Shown here: piece by piece, positions 50,302 to 58,336 of the stretch | Layout of the letters: each line of letters starts with the position of its first letter | Numbering within the stretch: the first letter of the stretch is position 1 | Notes under the pieces: model-generated | The model's database searches: none | Told to the model about the DNA's origin: nothing | Seen by the model: only the letters and a program-made list of their open reading frames with translations | Program-made: the position numbers and the translations under genes | Virus record (IMG/VR): IMGVR_UViG_3300015249_000001 | Span: 1 to 64,000 of that record | DNA: 64,000 nt | Source of the DNA: a virus | Strand: one strand, 5' to 3'

Positions 50302-51243
50302 ATGGAAATAACCGTTTATAAAATTTTGCAAGATAGCGACCCCTTTAACCCAAGGATGGACTGCGACATGCTAGGGGTGATGTACACATGCCACAGGAAT
50401 TATCGGTTCGGGGACCCAAAATGGGACACCTCTGTAAATTCCCCCCCTGACTCAATCGACCAGTTTATCTGGGACTTACAACCAGGGGAGTTGGCAGGCT
50501 TTCCTGGCTATTGGATGGAGGACGGGGAAGTCAGGCGTACCCTGACTAAGGAGGAGCAGGAAGAGTATTGGTACCTTGATGCTCGTCCTGGCTGGGATGA
50601 TGAACGCTTTGAGCAGCTAGACCAAGTATGGCAGGATAACGAACCTTCACAAGAGGAGGCTAAGGCTTTCCTGGAGGCCTTCGAGACTTGGAAGTCTGAA
50701 AATATCTGCATTTTACCGCTGTACCTGTATGACCATTCAGGGATCACGATGCGTACCTCACCCTTCAGTTGCCAGTGGGACAGCGGACAGGTTGGGTTCA
50801 TTTACTGCACCAAAGAAAGGTGCGATGAACTGGGGGCGGACTTTTCCAAGGCTGAGGACTGTTTACGCGCCGAGGTCGAGGAGTATGACCAGTACTTGAC
50901 CGGTGACGTTTATGGCTATGTGTCTTGGGAGTTCAAGCTTGAGGACTTAGAAGATGAAGAGGCCCTCTCCGACTTGGATAGGTTCGACACCTTAGCAGAA
51001 AACGAGCACGCCAAGGTTGTACTCTGGGATGGGTACTCCAACCTTACTGACCTGGAGGATTGGATGGAGTCCTCTGGCGAGGTGGAAGAAGGACATTCAT
51101 GTTGGGGTTTTTATGGTCAGGATTACATCAAGGAAGAGCTTAAGGCCGGGGCTGTCCGCCACTGTAAGTGGGTTGCAGAAAAGGCTGTCAGGGAAGCTTC
51201 TGAACAGGCTGAACGTAGCCGCCGTACTTACTGGTGCATGTGA
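50302..51243 (+). CDS. strongly acidic hypothetical protein
   Basis: 313 aa; exact cassette upstream; DSDPFNPRMDCDMLGVMYTCHRNYRFGD and LYLYDHSGITM..WDSGQVGFIY motifs recur in phage orphans I have seen; many D/E runs. Confidence 0.65.
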   Translation: MEITVYKILQDSDPFNPRMDCDMLGVMYTCHRNYRFGDPKWDTSVNSPPDSIDQFIWDLQPGELAGFPGYWMEDGEVRRTLTKEEQEEYWYLDARPGWDDERFEQLDQVWQDNEPSQEEAKAFLEAFETWKSENICILPLYLYDHSGITMRTSPFSCQWDSGQVGFIYCTKERCDELGADFSKAEDCLRAEVEEYDQYLTGDVYGYVSWEFKLEDLEDEEALSDLDRFDTLAENEHAKVVLWDGYSNLTDLEDWMESSGEVEEGHSCWGFYGQDYIKEELKAGAVRHCKWVAEKAVREASEQAERSRRTYWCM

Positions 51244-51458
51244 TGGCCAGGCATGTAAACAAATGGATATATGGCTGGAAGCTATATGTCCACTACGGCC
51301 AAGGATGGGAATATGAGTGCTTTGAACACACCCGAAAGGGCTACCTTGAAAACAAGAGGGCTTACCTTAGGGACTGTAAGCATCCCCAAAGGTGGTCACG
51401 GGGGAGGGAGCTGAACCCTGAATGGGGCCTGTGCCAGCCCGTGGGGTTGGAAGCATGA
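51243..51458 (+). CDS. hypothetical protein
   Basis: 71 aa from ATG 51243 (TGATG overlap); WKLYVHYGQGWEYE motif. Confidence 0.5.
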   Translation: MARHVNKWIYGWKLYVHYGQGWEYECFEHTRKGYLENKRAYLRDCKHPQRWSRGRELNPEWGLCQPVGLEA

Positions 51459-51712
51459 CTTCCTTCAAGGATATTCCCTTCAACGACTTCCCAATCAAGC
51501 AAGGGGATGAAGTGGAGGTTTCTACCGAAGGCTGTGATAATTTCACATTCACAGTCAAAGCTGTCCGGGGGTTTGTGTTGTTGCCCCTGCACCCTGTCAC
51601 CTTGCAAGATGGTACAGGGCCTTACCCGGCCATACCTATGGTTGACCACGGTTTTGTTGTTACAAAAGTCAATGGCCAACCCTTTAATTATTTTTCTAGG
51701 AGAACAAGATGA
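51455..51712 (+). CDS. hypothetical protein
   Basis: 85 aa from ATG 51455 (ATGA overlap). Confidence 0.5.
   Translation: MTSFKDIPFNDFPIKQGDEVEVSTEGCDNFTFTVKAVRGFVLLPLHPVTLQDGTGPYPAIPMVDHGFVVTKVNGQPFNYFSRRTR
51654..51665. promoter_or_regulatory. dyad TTGTTGTTACAA (1 mismatch)
   Basis: inside 3' end of 51455-51712, 43 nt before ATG 51709. Confidence 0.45.
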
Positions 51713-52011
51713 GCGTAAAGATAGTGACTTACAGGATTATGCCTATTAAACAACAGAATTTTATGCTTCCAACAGGGGCAGAAATACTGTCCGCAACACC
51801 GGAGCCTTCCGGTAAAGTCTGTATCCATACCCTGGACTGGTCGGGTCCGGTTGGAAATAAAGATGCCAGGCGCCAGGTAGTGGCCCTTAAGCCTGGGGAG
51901 TCTTACGACCTTGCCCAAGGAAAAGAGCTGAGGTTAATCGATACCCTTATGTGGGGGAATTTACCGGGGTTGGTAGTGCATGTGTTTGAAGTGGTAAACG
52001 CAGCAGCTTAG
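51709..52011 (+). CDS. hypothetical protein, paralog family member 2
   Basis: 100 aa; AGGAGAACAAG before ATG; aligns with 39543-39806 and 52067-52365. Confidence 0.6.
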   Translation: MSVKIVTYRIMPIKQQNFMLPTGAEILSATPEPSGKVCIHTLDWSGPVGNKDARRQVVALKPGESYDLAQGKELRLIDTLMWGNLPGLVVHVFEVVNAAA

Positions 52012-52066
52012 CACTTGTCCTAACCCAACCAAGCAAAAATTTATTTTAACCAAGCGGAGAAAAATT

Positions 52067-52365
52067 ATGCCCTTAAAAATTAAGTCTTACATATTGTCAA
52101 CAACGCCACATAACACCCTGGAACTGCCTTTGGGCACCCAACTGCTGCCTGGAGTGGAACCCACTGGATCACCTGGGGGCTTCCACTTGCACACGCTGGA
52201 GTGGGAAGGTAATGCCACTGGAACTTTTGAGGTGGTGTGCCTCAACGAGGGGGAGTCTTACGTCCCCCTCCAGGCAAGGCCTTGAGGTTCTTGGGCGTCT
52301 TGTCCTGGAAGGATTACCCTTATGCAACAGCGTATGTGTTCGAGGTGGAAGATGCAGCCGTTTGA
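52067..52365 (+). pseudogene. paralog family member 3, split by a frame change at ~52279 (pseudogene or -1 frameshift)
   Basis: frame 1 ends at TGA 52283-85 (…GESYVPLQARP*); the -1 frame continues ALRFLGVLSWKDYPYATAYVFEVEDAAV* to 52365, aligning with the C-terminus of 51709-52011 (LRLIDTLMWGNLPGLVVHVFEVVNAAA). Confidence 0.5.
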
Positions 52366-52633
52366 AGACCTGCCTTATGAGACCCTCCCTGCCCAAGTGC
52401 AGGGAGGGATCAAAGCCTACGTAATGAACAAGCGCGCCCCTGGTCATTTCCTGTCTTCCGTGTTAAAGAATGACCTGCTTGGGGCATTCTCCTATGCGGA
52501 CTTATCTAACAGGCAGGACTTACACCTGATAGTGAAGTGGCTGTACAACGAAGCCCCCTCCACTTGCTGGGGAAGTAAAGAAGCTTTTGACAAATGGGTC
52601 ACACAACCGGAGAAAGACAATGGAACAAAGTAA
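52352..52633 (+). CDS. hypothetical protein
   Basis: 93 aa from ATG 52352 (GAGGTGGAAG upstream). Confidence 0.5.
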   Translation: MQPFEDLPYETLPAQVQGGIKAYVMNKRAPGHFLSSVLKNDLLGAFSYADLSNRQDLHLIVKWLYNEAPSTCWGSKEAFDKWVTQPEKDNGTK

Positions 52634-53360
52634 ACAAACAGCAACTTTTGTAATGACAAATGAGGGCCACTCAAGGTTGACCACGCTGCAAAGGACGGTC
52701 TTGGGGCTTTGGGGGTTCACCGCGTATAAACACCAGAACCCTAGCGTGGTGTACACCGCCACGGACTTGAAGCAAGACCCGCCCAAGTTACCGGAGCTGC
52801 GCGAGGAATTGTCCCCCTTGGGCTACCCTGAGCTATATGCCAGTAGCAGGGAGTTTTTTCAGTGGAGGCTTTTCAAGCCAGGGGACTTTGTACCTTTTTC
52901 ATGGGTCCAGGTGCTGGAGGAGTGGTCAAGCACCACAGGCCTTGATGTCTTGGCCCAAGGGGTGACCCACGGGGACATGGACAATGCCTTACACTTCTTT
53001 GTTTTCCAGATTACACCTGAGGGCACAAGGTTTGCAGATGTCCATGACATCCTGAATTACGTTACCGAATGGTTGCCTAGGAAGGAAGGGAAAAAGTTTC
53101 CAGACCTGGATCTTAGTGGGTGCCAAGCACCAAGAGAGGATTCTGTATCCCAGGAGTGGAGACCCTTCGACTATCTCAGGGCGCAGCCTTGCCTGAAACC
53201 CCCCCGGCATGTGGTAATGGCTGAAAGCCTGGGGGATAGGGATGTTTTGGATGCCATACCTTTATGCCCCCAATGCTTTAAACATTATAAGCAGTCTTTC
53301 GATGACCGGGAGAATAGTTTAAACCTGAGCGTCTACAACTTAGCCCCGAGGGAGGGTTAA
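52620..53360 (+). CDS. hypothetical protein
   Basis: 246 aa from ATG 52620 preceded by exact GGAGAAAGACA; dyad 52648-59 lies inside codons 10-13. Confidence 0.6.
   Translation: MEQSKQTATFVMTNEGHSRLTTLQRTVLGLWGFTAYKHQNPSVVYTATDLKQDPPKLPELREELSPLGYPELYASSREFFQWRLFKPGDFVPFSWVQVLEEWSSTTGLDVLAQGVTHGDMDNALHFFVFQITPEGTRFADVHDILNYVTEWLPRKEGKKFPDLDLSGCQAPREDSVSQEWRPFDYLRAQPCLKPPRHVVMAESLGDRDVLDAIPLCPQCFKHYKQSFDDRENSLNLSVYNLAPREG
52648..52659. promoter_or_regulatory. dyad TTGTAATGACAA (1 mismatch)
   Basis: downstream of ATG 52620 (order SD-ATG-dyad inverted relative to other cassettes). Confidence 0.5.
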
Positions 53361-53665
53361 TGAACACGGTAAAGGACAGCAGCATCGCCAACACCATGTT
53401 CCAGCTAGAGTTCCAGACAACCTTGCAGTTGTCTGACATCCTGGTCTGGACTGCAGAGTGTCCTCACTTGGAACTCAAAAGCATATTTTCAAAAGGGCAG
53501 ATCGAATACTTTGTGGAAGTCACTGATGCTTTGCAGGGTTATATCCCTGAAAATAGTCCGGAGCTGCTTGAGAATATGCCTACTAAAGAAGCCCTAGGTG
53601 CTCTCAATAACCGAAAGGATTTTAAAACAGACCTTAAAGAATTTTTGGAGGGCGAGGATGAGTGA
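53360..53665 (+). CDS. hypothetical protein
   Basis: 101 aa; GGAGGG SD; TAATG overlap. Confidence 0.55.
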   Translation: MNTVKDSSIANTMFQLEFQTTLQLSDILVWTAECPHLELKSIFSKGQIEYFVEVTDALQGYIPENSPELLENMPTKEALGALNNRKDFKTDLKEFLEGEDE

Positions 53666-53837
53666 AACTTTTTTAATCACCTGAGGTGCCCCCTGCCAAT
53701 TGCTTGCCCGGACAATGGGGCGGGCGTACAGTTGGTGGGGGCTTGGGAAAAGGTGCAAAAAGGGCGTGGAGTTCCCAGGTTGCAAGGCTATAGTAGGTCT
53801 CACCCTGGGTTTATGTCAACTTAATTTTGGAGTACGT

Positions 53838-54497
53838 ATGTCTAAAGATTACCTAACTAAATACCAAGAGCTGCTCGGCCTCAAGGCTGACGGCGTTATC
53901 GGGCCTATCACGGCCAAGGCAATCATGGATGACATAGGCATCAAGGACAGGGTGTTGTTCTCCCACCTGTTCGGCCAGATGCGGCTGGAGTCTGGGGGGT
54001 TCTCCAAGTTCAGGGAGAACATGAACTACTCTGCCAAGGGCTTAATGTCCACATTTGAGAGGTATTACAAAGGGAAACCGGAATTGGCCGAGGCCCATGC
54101 CCATAGGCCCACCACGATAGCCAACTATGTTTATGCCAACCGCAACGGGAACAAGGGGGTGGAATCCGGGGATGGCTATTTTTACCGGGGGGCTTTCGGG
54201 TTGCAGACCACGGGAAGGGCAAATTTCCTTGCCTTGTTCCGAGAGCTTGGCCTGCCAGCAGACACTGACCCTGACAGCTTGGAAGAGGATGTGCGCACCT
54301 ATTTCCGTGCCGGATTGTTTTATTTTAACCATAATAATGTGGATACCTTATGTACAGGGACCTCTGCTTCGTGCATCCTTTCCGTAGGCCGCAAGATTAA
54401 CCTAGGGACTTACAGGACAGAAACCATGCCCATCCATGCGGAACTCAGGCAGGAGTACACCAAAGCTTTATTCCGTTCCACCGGCCTGTCAACCTAA
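53838..54497 (+). CDS. endolysin: peptidoglycan-binding repeat + GH19 (chitinase-like) muramidase
   Basis: 219 aa from ATG 53838 (GGAG SD); LGLKADGVIGPITAKAI (PG_binding_1-like) and GQMRLESGGFSKFRENMNYS...YRGAFGLQTTGRANF (GH19 catalytic pattern). Confidence 0.8.
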   Translation: MSKDYLTKYQELLGLKADGVIGPITAKAIMDDIGIKDRVLFSHLFGQMRLESGGFSKFRENMNYSAKGLMSTFERYYKGKPELAEAHAHRPTTIANYVYANRNGNKGVESGDGYFYRGAFGLQTTGRANFLALFRELGLPADTDPDSLEEDVRTYFRAGLFYFNHNNVDTLCTGTSASCILSVGRKINLGTYRTETMPIHAELRQEYTKALFRSTGLST

Positions 54498-54504
54498 CCG
54501 TTTA

Positions 54505-54534
54505 CCTGACAATTTGTATTTACAAATTGTCAGG
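54505..54534. repeat. 30-bp inverted repeat (14-bp arms, 2-nt spacer) built around the dyad
   Basis: CCTGACAATTTGTA-TT-TACAAATTGTCAGG, 8 nt after endolysin stop. Confidence 0.9.
54514..54525. promoter_or_regulatory. dyad TTGTATTTACAA (exact)
   Basis: core of the 30-bp inverted repeat 54505-54534. Confidence 0.7.
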
Positions 54535-54546
54535 GAGGGAGTTAAA

Positions 54547-54570
54547 ATGACCCTCCTTTACCAAACCTAG
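54547..54570 (+). other. 7-codon mini-ORF with strong SD ahead of an SD-less gene
   Basis: GGGAGGGAG-N6-ATG ACC CTC CTT TAC CAA ACC TAG; stop is 8 nt before ATG 54579. Confidence 0.4.
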
Positions 54571-54578
54571 ACTACAAA

Positions 54579-55115
54579 ATGAACACTTATCAACTTACAA
54601 AAGACAATTTTTTTCCCTATGAGGGGAAAGATATTGACCTTTCCGACATCTTTGCGCCAGGGGACATGCTTTTGGCCTTGCCTAGCATGGTGGAAGGCCT
54701 GGAGCAGCACTACGACCTTAAGAAATACCCTGCAAAGGCGCTTAACCTGTCCGGGGCCGTGGATCTCGAAGACGCTTGTACCGACCTTTACAGGGTCAAA
54801 GTGCTCGGGATTTCAGACACCCCGGAGGGCAAGTGGTCTTTCCGCCCCCGCAAAGTCCTGTCAAGGTTGCCTTTTTACAACACAGTCTTTGTGACGTCGG
54901 GCAAGGACACGAACCGTATCACCTTGAAAGGTTACGCTGCTGCCATGCCGAAACCCAAGGCCGGCCCCGCCCAAGGGCAACCTTACAAGCACCACATAGG
55001 CAGTTGCGCGGTATACGAGGAAGACCTAGGGTTCTATTTTGCCTTCGCCTTGTTCACTTACCCTGTAGGGACAACCATAAAAGATGCCAGAGGGTTAAAA
55101 CGTGACGCAGCTTAG
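54579..55115 (+). CDS. hypothetical protein
   Basis: 178 aa; no own SD (see mini-ORF). Confidence 0.5.
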   Translation: MNTYQLTKDNFFPYEGKDIDLSDIFAPGDMLLALPSMVEGLEQHYDLKKYPAKALNLSGAVDLEDACTDLYRVKVLGISDTPEGKWSFRPRKVLSRLPFYNTVFVTSGKDTNRITLKGYAAAMPKPKAGPAQGQPYKHHIGSCAVYEEDLGFYFAFALFTYPVGTTIKDARGLKRDAA

Positions 55116-55332
55116 CCAACAAGAGCCTATAGACCCAGAACTGTTTATCCCAGAGAAGTACGTCACCCAAAGGGAAATCCTGATCCACCTGCCCGGTTAC
55201 GGGTATGGGATCAGGATACCCGCCAAGGACTTAGGCAGGGCAATCCTAGATAAGCGCATACACCCAAACATCATAGTTAACAGGGAGTTTACCGCGATCA
55301 TCCATGAGACAGCGATGCCTAAGGACTTCTGA
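55102..55332 (+). CDS. hypothetical small protein
   Basis: 76 aa; GTG start with GAGGG SD. Confidence 0.45.
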   Translation: MTQLSQQEPIDPELFIPEKYVTQREILIHLPGYGYGIRIPAKDLGRAILDKRIHPNIIVNREFTAIIHETAMPKDF

Positions 55333-55356
55333 CGCAGTACAAAACCTAAATATAAT
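55329..55356 (+). promoter_or_regulatory. weak promoter candidate
   Basis: CTGACG, 16-nt spacer, TATAAT upstream of primase gene. Confidence 0.3.
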
Positions 55357-55376
55357 AAACAACAACCAGGTGTGCG

Positions 55377-58247
55377 ATGTACAGATACTACCAAGCAAGC
55401 GAGTGGAGCGACTGGGTTATTGTAAATGACGAACACCCAGAAGATCCCTGGTACACTGCAAGACAACTCAAAGCCGCAAGGGTTACTGTCCTGTCCCTGT
55501 CCGGGGACCCCCTGACACCAACCCAACAAGGGGCGCCTGTAAAGTACCACGGGCCACTCTACTTCGACATAGACAACCAAGGAGACTTACCCGGCGCGTT
55601 AGCATCTTCTGTCGAGTTATGCAACAAATTAAAGAGCCTTGGGGTCCATGAAGACCAGTTGGAGATCCACCTGTCCGGCAGCAAAGGGGTGCATGTTTAC
55701 ATTTCTCCCCAAGTATTCTCTAAGCAAGGGCAATTGCCCCATGCCAACCTGCCTGAGGTGTATGCTACGCTGGCTTGGCAATTGTGGGTGGAGGGCTTGG
55801 ACATGCAGGTTTACTCGGCAGAGAAAGGCAGGATGTTCCGGCCGGCCAATGCAAAGAGGCCAGATGACAAGTATAAGGTCAGGGTCACCTATGAAGAACT
55901 CTGTAACCTCACCGAAGAGGGCTATAGGGAAATGGTGAAAGCCCCAAGGAAGTTTCCCAAGTCTTCCCAAGAACCTACCGGTTTTGCCAAGAAGTTAGGC
56001 ATGTTGTTTGAGTCTGCACTAACTTCCACGGTCTCCAGGCGCAAGGCACAAAGCACTTTCCAGCCTGTACCGGAGCACGCATTTGCAAGCTTCCAAGGGG
56101 GCGCCCCTTCCTGCGTAACCTTGTTGGCTCATGGAAATAGGCGGCAGGTCAAAGGGGACTCCACCACGTCCTTTAATAACCTGTGTATCCAGATGGCCTG
56201 CTGGGCCAAGGCTGGCAGTCCCGATCCGACGATACTGGAAACCATGACCCGCTTGGCCGTGGAGAATAACCCATCCAGCAAGGGGGTGCCCGAGCACGTC
56301 AGGAAGCAGCAGATGTCTGCAACTATGCAGTACGTCAAGGCCCAGCCTAACTACACTTTCTCCTGCGGGGGGATCAAGAAATTGCTCAGCCGCCCCCCTG
56401 AGTGTGAGTCCTGCCATGTCAACAAGGCAGTACAGGAAAGTCCCCAAATGGCCCAGCAGGTCTTGTCCGGGGTGTTCCTGTCCCAAAGGAATGGCAATTA
56501 CTATGCGGACAAGGATGCTTCTGTCTTGGTTGCCCCCATAGGGTTGTCAAGGGACTCTGTAGTGAGGGATGAAGACACCAACACGGTGATTTCCTCAGTC
56601 ATGTTGGTGCATGTCCCCTTGACTGGGCAAACCCACAAGGTATTGGAGTTCTCAGAGGAAGCCTGGTTGACTAAGCTGAACCTAAAAAAAGAGTTGCAGG
56701 GTATAGAGGGTGCCGGCTTTTTCGGCAGTGACAATGATGTGGTCAGGCTGCGCTTGACCATTGCAAGAGACGATCTACTAAGTGGGGCGGAAGTGAAAAC
56801 AGTACACAAGGCAACAAAGCTTGGCATCAATTACCGTAGGCGTACCGGGCCTAGCTCTCCCAGGCATCCAGACCACAAGGGCAGGTTCACATACGTTGAA
56901 CCTGACTTCACGTTGAACGATGTGGGGGTGCCCAATACGCACATCTTTACCGGCTCTTCCCAAGGGGCACCCAGGCTTGGGGGCAGGAACCTGTCCGAAC
57001 CCTTGGTGCAGGCCAACAACGAGGCGTTTAGGCTGCTGCTGAAAAGCAATGCACCCCATGTGCTTTGTTATGTGCTGCCTTGGTTCCTGGCTTCGCACAT
57101 CAAACAGCACATTTACACAATATTCGAGAGGTTTCCCTTGTTGTGCGTGTCAGGCATTGCCGGGACCGGAAAAAACGCCACCGCCAAGTTGATGATGAGG
57201 CTGTGCGGCTTGGAAGGGGAGCAGGCCAAATGGACACTGGAAGCCCCTAACTGCACCAAGTGGCCCTTCCAGGAAGCCCTGAGCAACTCCAGTACAATCC
57301 CAAGGGTCATCAACGAGTTCAACCCTAAATCTATGGATAAGTGGCACTACGGGCACATCACGGAAATGCTTAAGGCGGCTTATGACAGCCAGACAATTAA
57401 CAAAGGGGCACCTGGGAGCCACAATAGGAACACTGGGCCCGTGACAAATACCTGGAGGATAACTGCCCCTGTCATGTCTTTGTCGGAAGAACCCCCAGTA
57501 TCCTCCGCCGTAATCCACCGGGCACTGATGGTGAACTTGGACAGGCAAGGGCTACAGGCAGGAAAACCTTATTACATTGCCCTTGAACCCAGGTCTGACG
57601 ACCTGACAGACATAGGCAGGGTCTTGGTGAAAGGTGCGCTGACGACACCTATTTCCAGGATCATAACCTTGATGGACAAGGACGAGCTGCCGGAAGAGGT
57701 GCGGAACTCTGCGGTCGAGGAAAGGATAAAATACAACTTCCAAGTATTGCTGTGCGCTTACGACTGGGCGTACCTTGTGCTTGAACAAGCTGGGATGTCA
57801 AAGGACAACTTGCAAGGGTTGCTGGATTTACGGGCTACTTTCTGCGCCCACATCACCGACAATGTGGAAAGCATAAGGGCCAAGGGGGGCTTGACGGAGG
57901 TTGACAAGGTGCTGAAAGTTATTATGTTGATGGCTAACCCCCTGGAAACACACTCTGCTTGGAAGCTGGAAGCCGGGGTGCATTACACTATTGAAGGGGA
58001 GTACCTGTACCTGGACACATTGACTTGTTATCCAAAAATCCAACTGTACAACAGCCAGACCCGCACCTCTTTAGGCATCCAGTCCGAGGAGGCGTTCAAC
58101 ACGTTGGTTAGGTCGATGTCTTATTTTGTCAGTGATAACTTACCTTGTAGGGGGTTGAGCACAGGGGGAAGGCCGGTGCTGTGCCTGGATATGCAGGGGT
58201 TGGTGCTGCAAGGGCTGCCTATAGAAATGTTTTTTGGGGGGTCTTAA
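55377..58247 (+). CDS. AEP-type primase-polymerase fused to SF3-like helicase
   Basis: 956 aa; AEP motifs LYFDIDN, LSGSKGVHVYIS, GLDMQVYS..RMFRP; later P-loop CVSGIAGTGKNAT. Confidence 0.8.
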   Translation: MYRYYQASEWSDWVIVNDEHPEDPWYTARQLKAARVTVLSLSGDPLTPTQQGAPVKYHGPLYFDIDNQGDLPGALASSVELCNKLKSLGVHEDQLEIHLSGSKGVHVYISPQVFSKQGQLPHANLPEVYATLAWQLWVEGLDMQVYSAEKGRMFRPANAKRPDDKYKVRVTYEELCNLTEEGYREMVKAPRKFPKSSQEPTGFAKKLGMLFESALTSTVSRRKAQSTFQPVPEHAFASFQGGAPSCVTLLAHGNRRQVKGDSTTSFNNLCIQMACWAKAGSPDPTILETMTRLAVENNPSSKGVPEHVRKQQMSATMQYVKAQPNYTFSCGGIKKLLSRPPECESCHVNKAVQESPQMAQQVLSGVFLSQRNGNYYADKDASVLVAPIGLSRDSVVRDEDTNTVISSVMLVHVPLTGQTHKVLEFSEEAWLTKLNLKKELQGIEGAGFFGSDNDVVRLRLTIARDDLLSGAEVKTVHKATKLGINYRRRTGPSSPRHPDHKGRFTYVEPDFTLNDVGVPNTHIFTGSSQGAPRLGGRNLSEPLVQANNEAFRLLLKSNAPHVLCYVLPWFLASHIKQHIYTIFERFPLLCVSGIAGTGKNATAKLMMRLCGLEGEQAKWTLEAPNCTKWPFQEALSNSSTIPRVINEFNPKSMDKWHYGHITEMLKAAYDSQTINKGAPGSHNRNTGPVTNTWRITAPVMSLSEEPPVSSAVIHRALMVNLDRQGLQAGKPYYIALEPRSDDLTDIGRVLVKGALTTPISRIITLMDKDELPEEVRNSAVEERIKYNFQVLLCAYDWAYLVLEQAGMSKDNLQGLLDLRATFCAHITDNVESIRAKGGLTEVDKVLKVIMLMANPLETHSAWKLEAGVHYTIEGEYLYLDTLTCYPKIQLYNSQTRTSLGIQSEEAFNTLVRSMSYFVSDNLPCRGLSTGGRPVLCLDMQGLVLQGLPIEMFFGGS

Positions 58248-58285
58248 AAAGAAGCGGAGGGCTACCCACCTTCCGCTTACGTAAC

Positions 58286-58297
58286 TTGTAGTTACAA
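58286..58297. promoter_or_regulatory. dyad TTGTAGTTACAA (exact)
   Basis: intergenic, 39 nt before ATG 58337; preceded by hairpin AAGCGGAGG..CCTTCCGCTT. Confidence 0.65.
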
Positions 58298-58336
58298 AAG
58301 ATACACAGGAAAACTAACAAATACCACGGTAAGATT

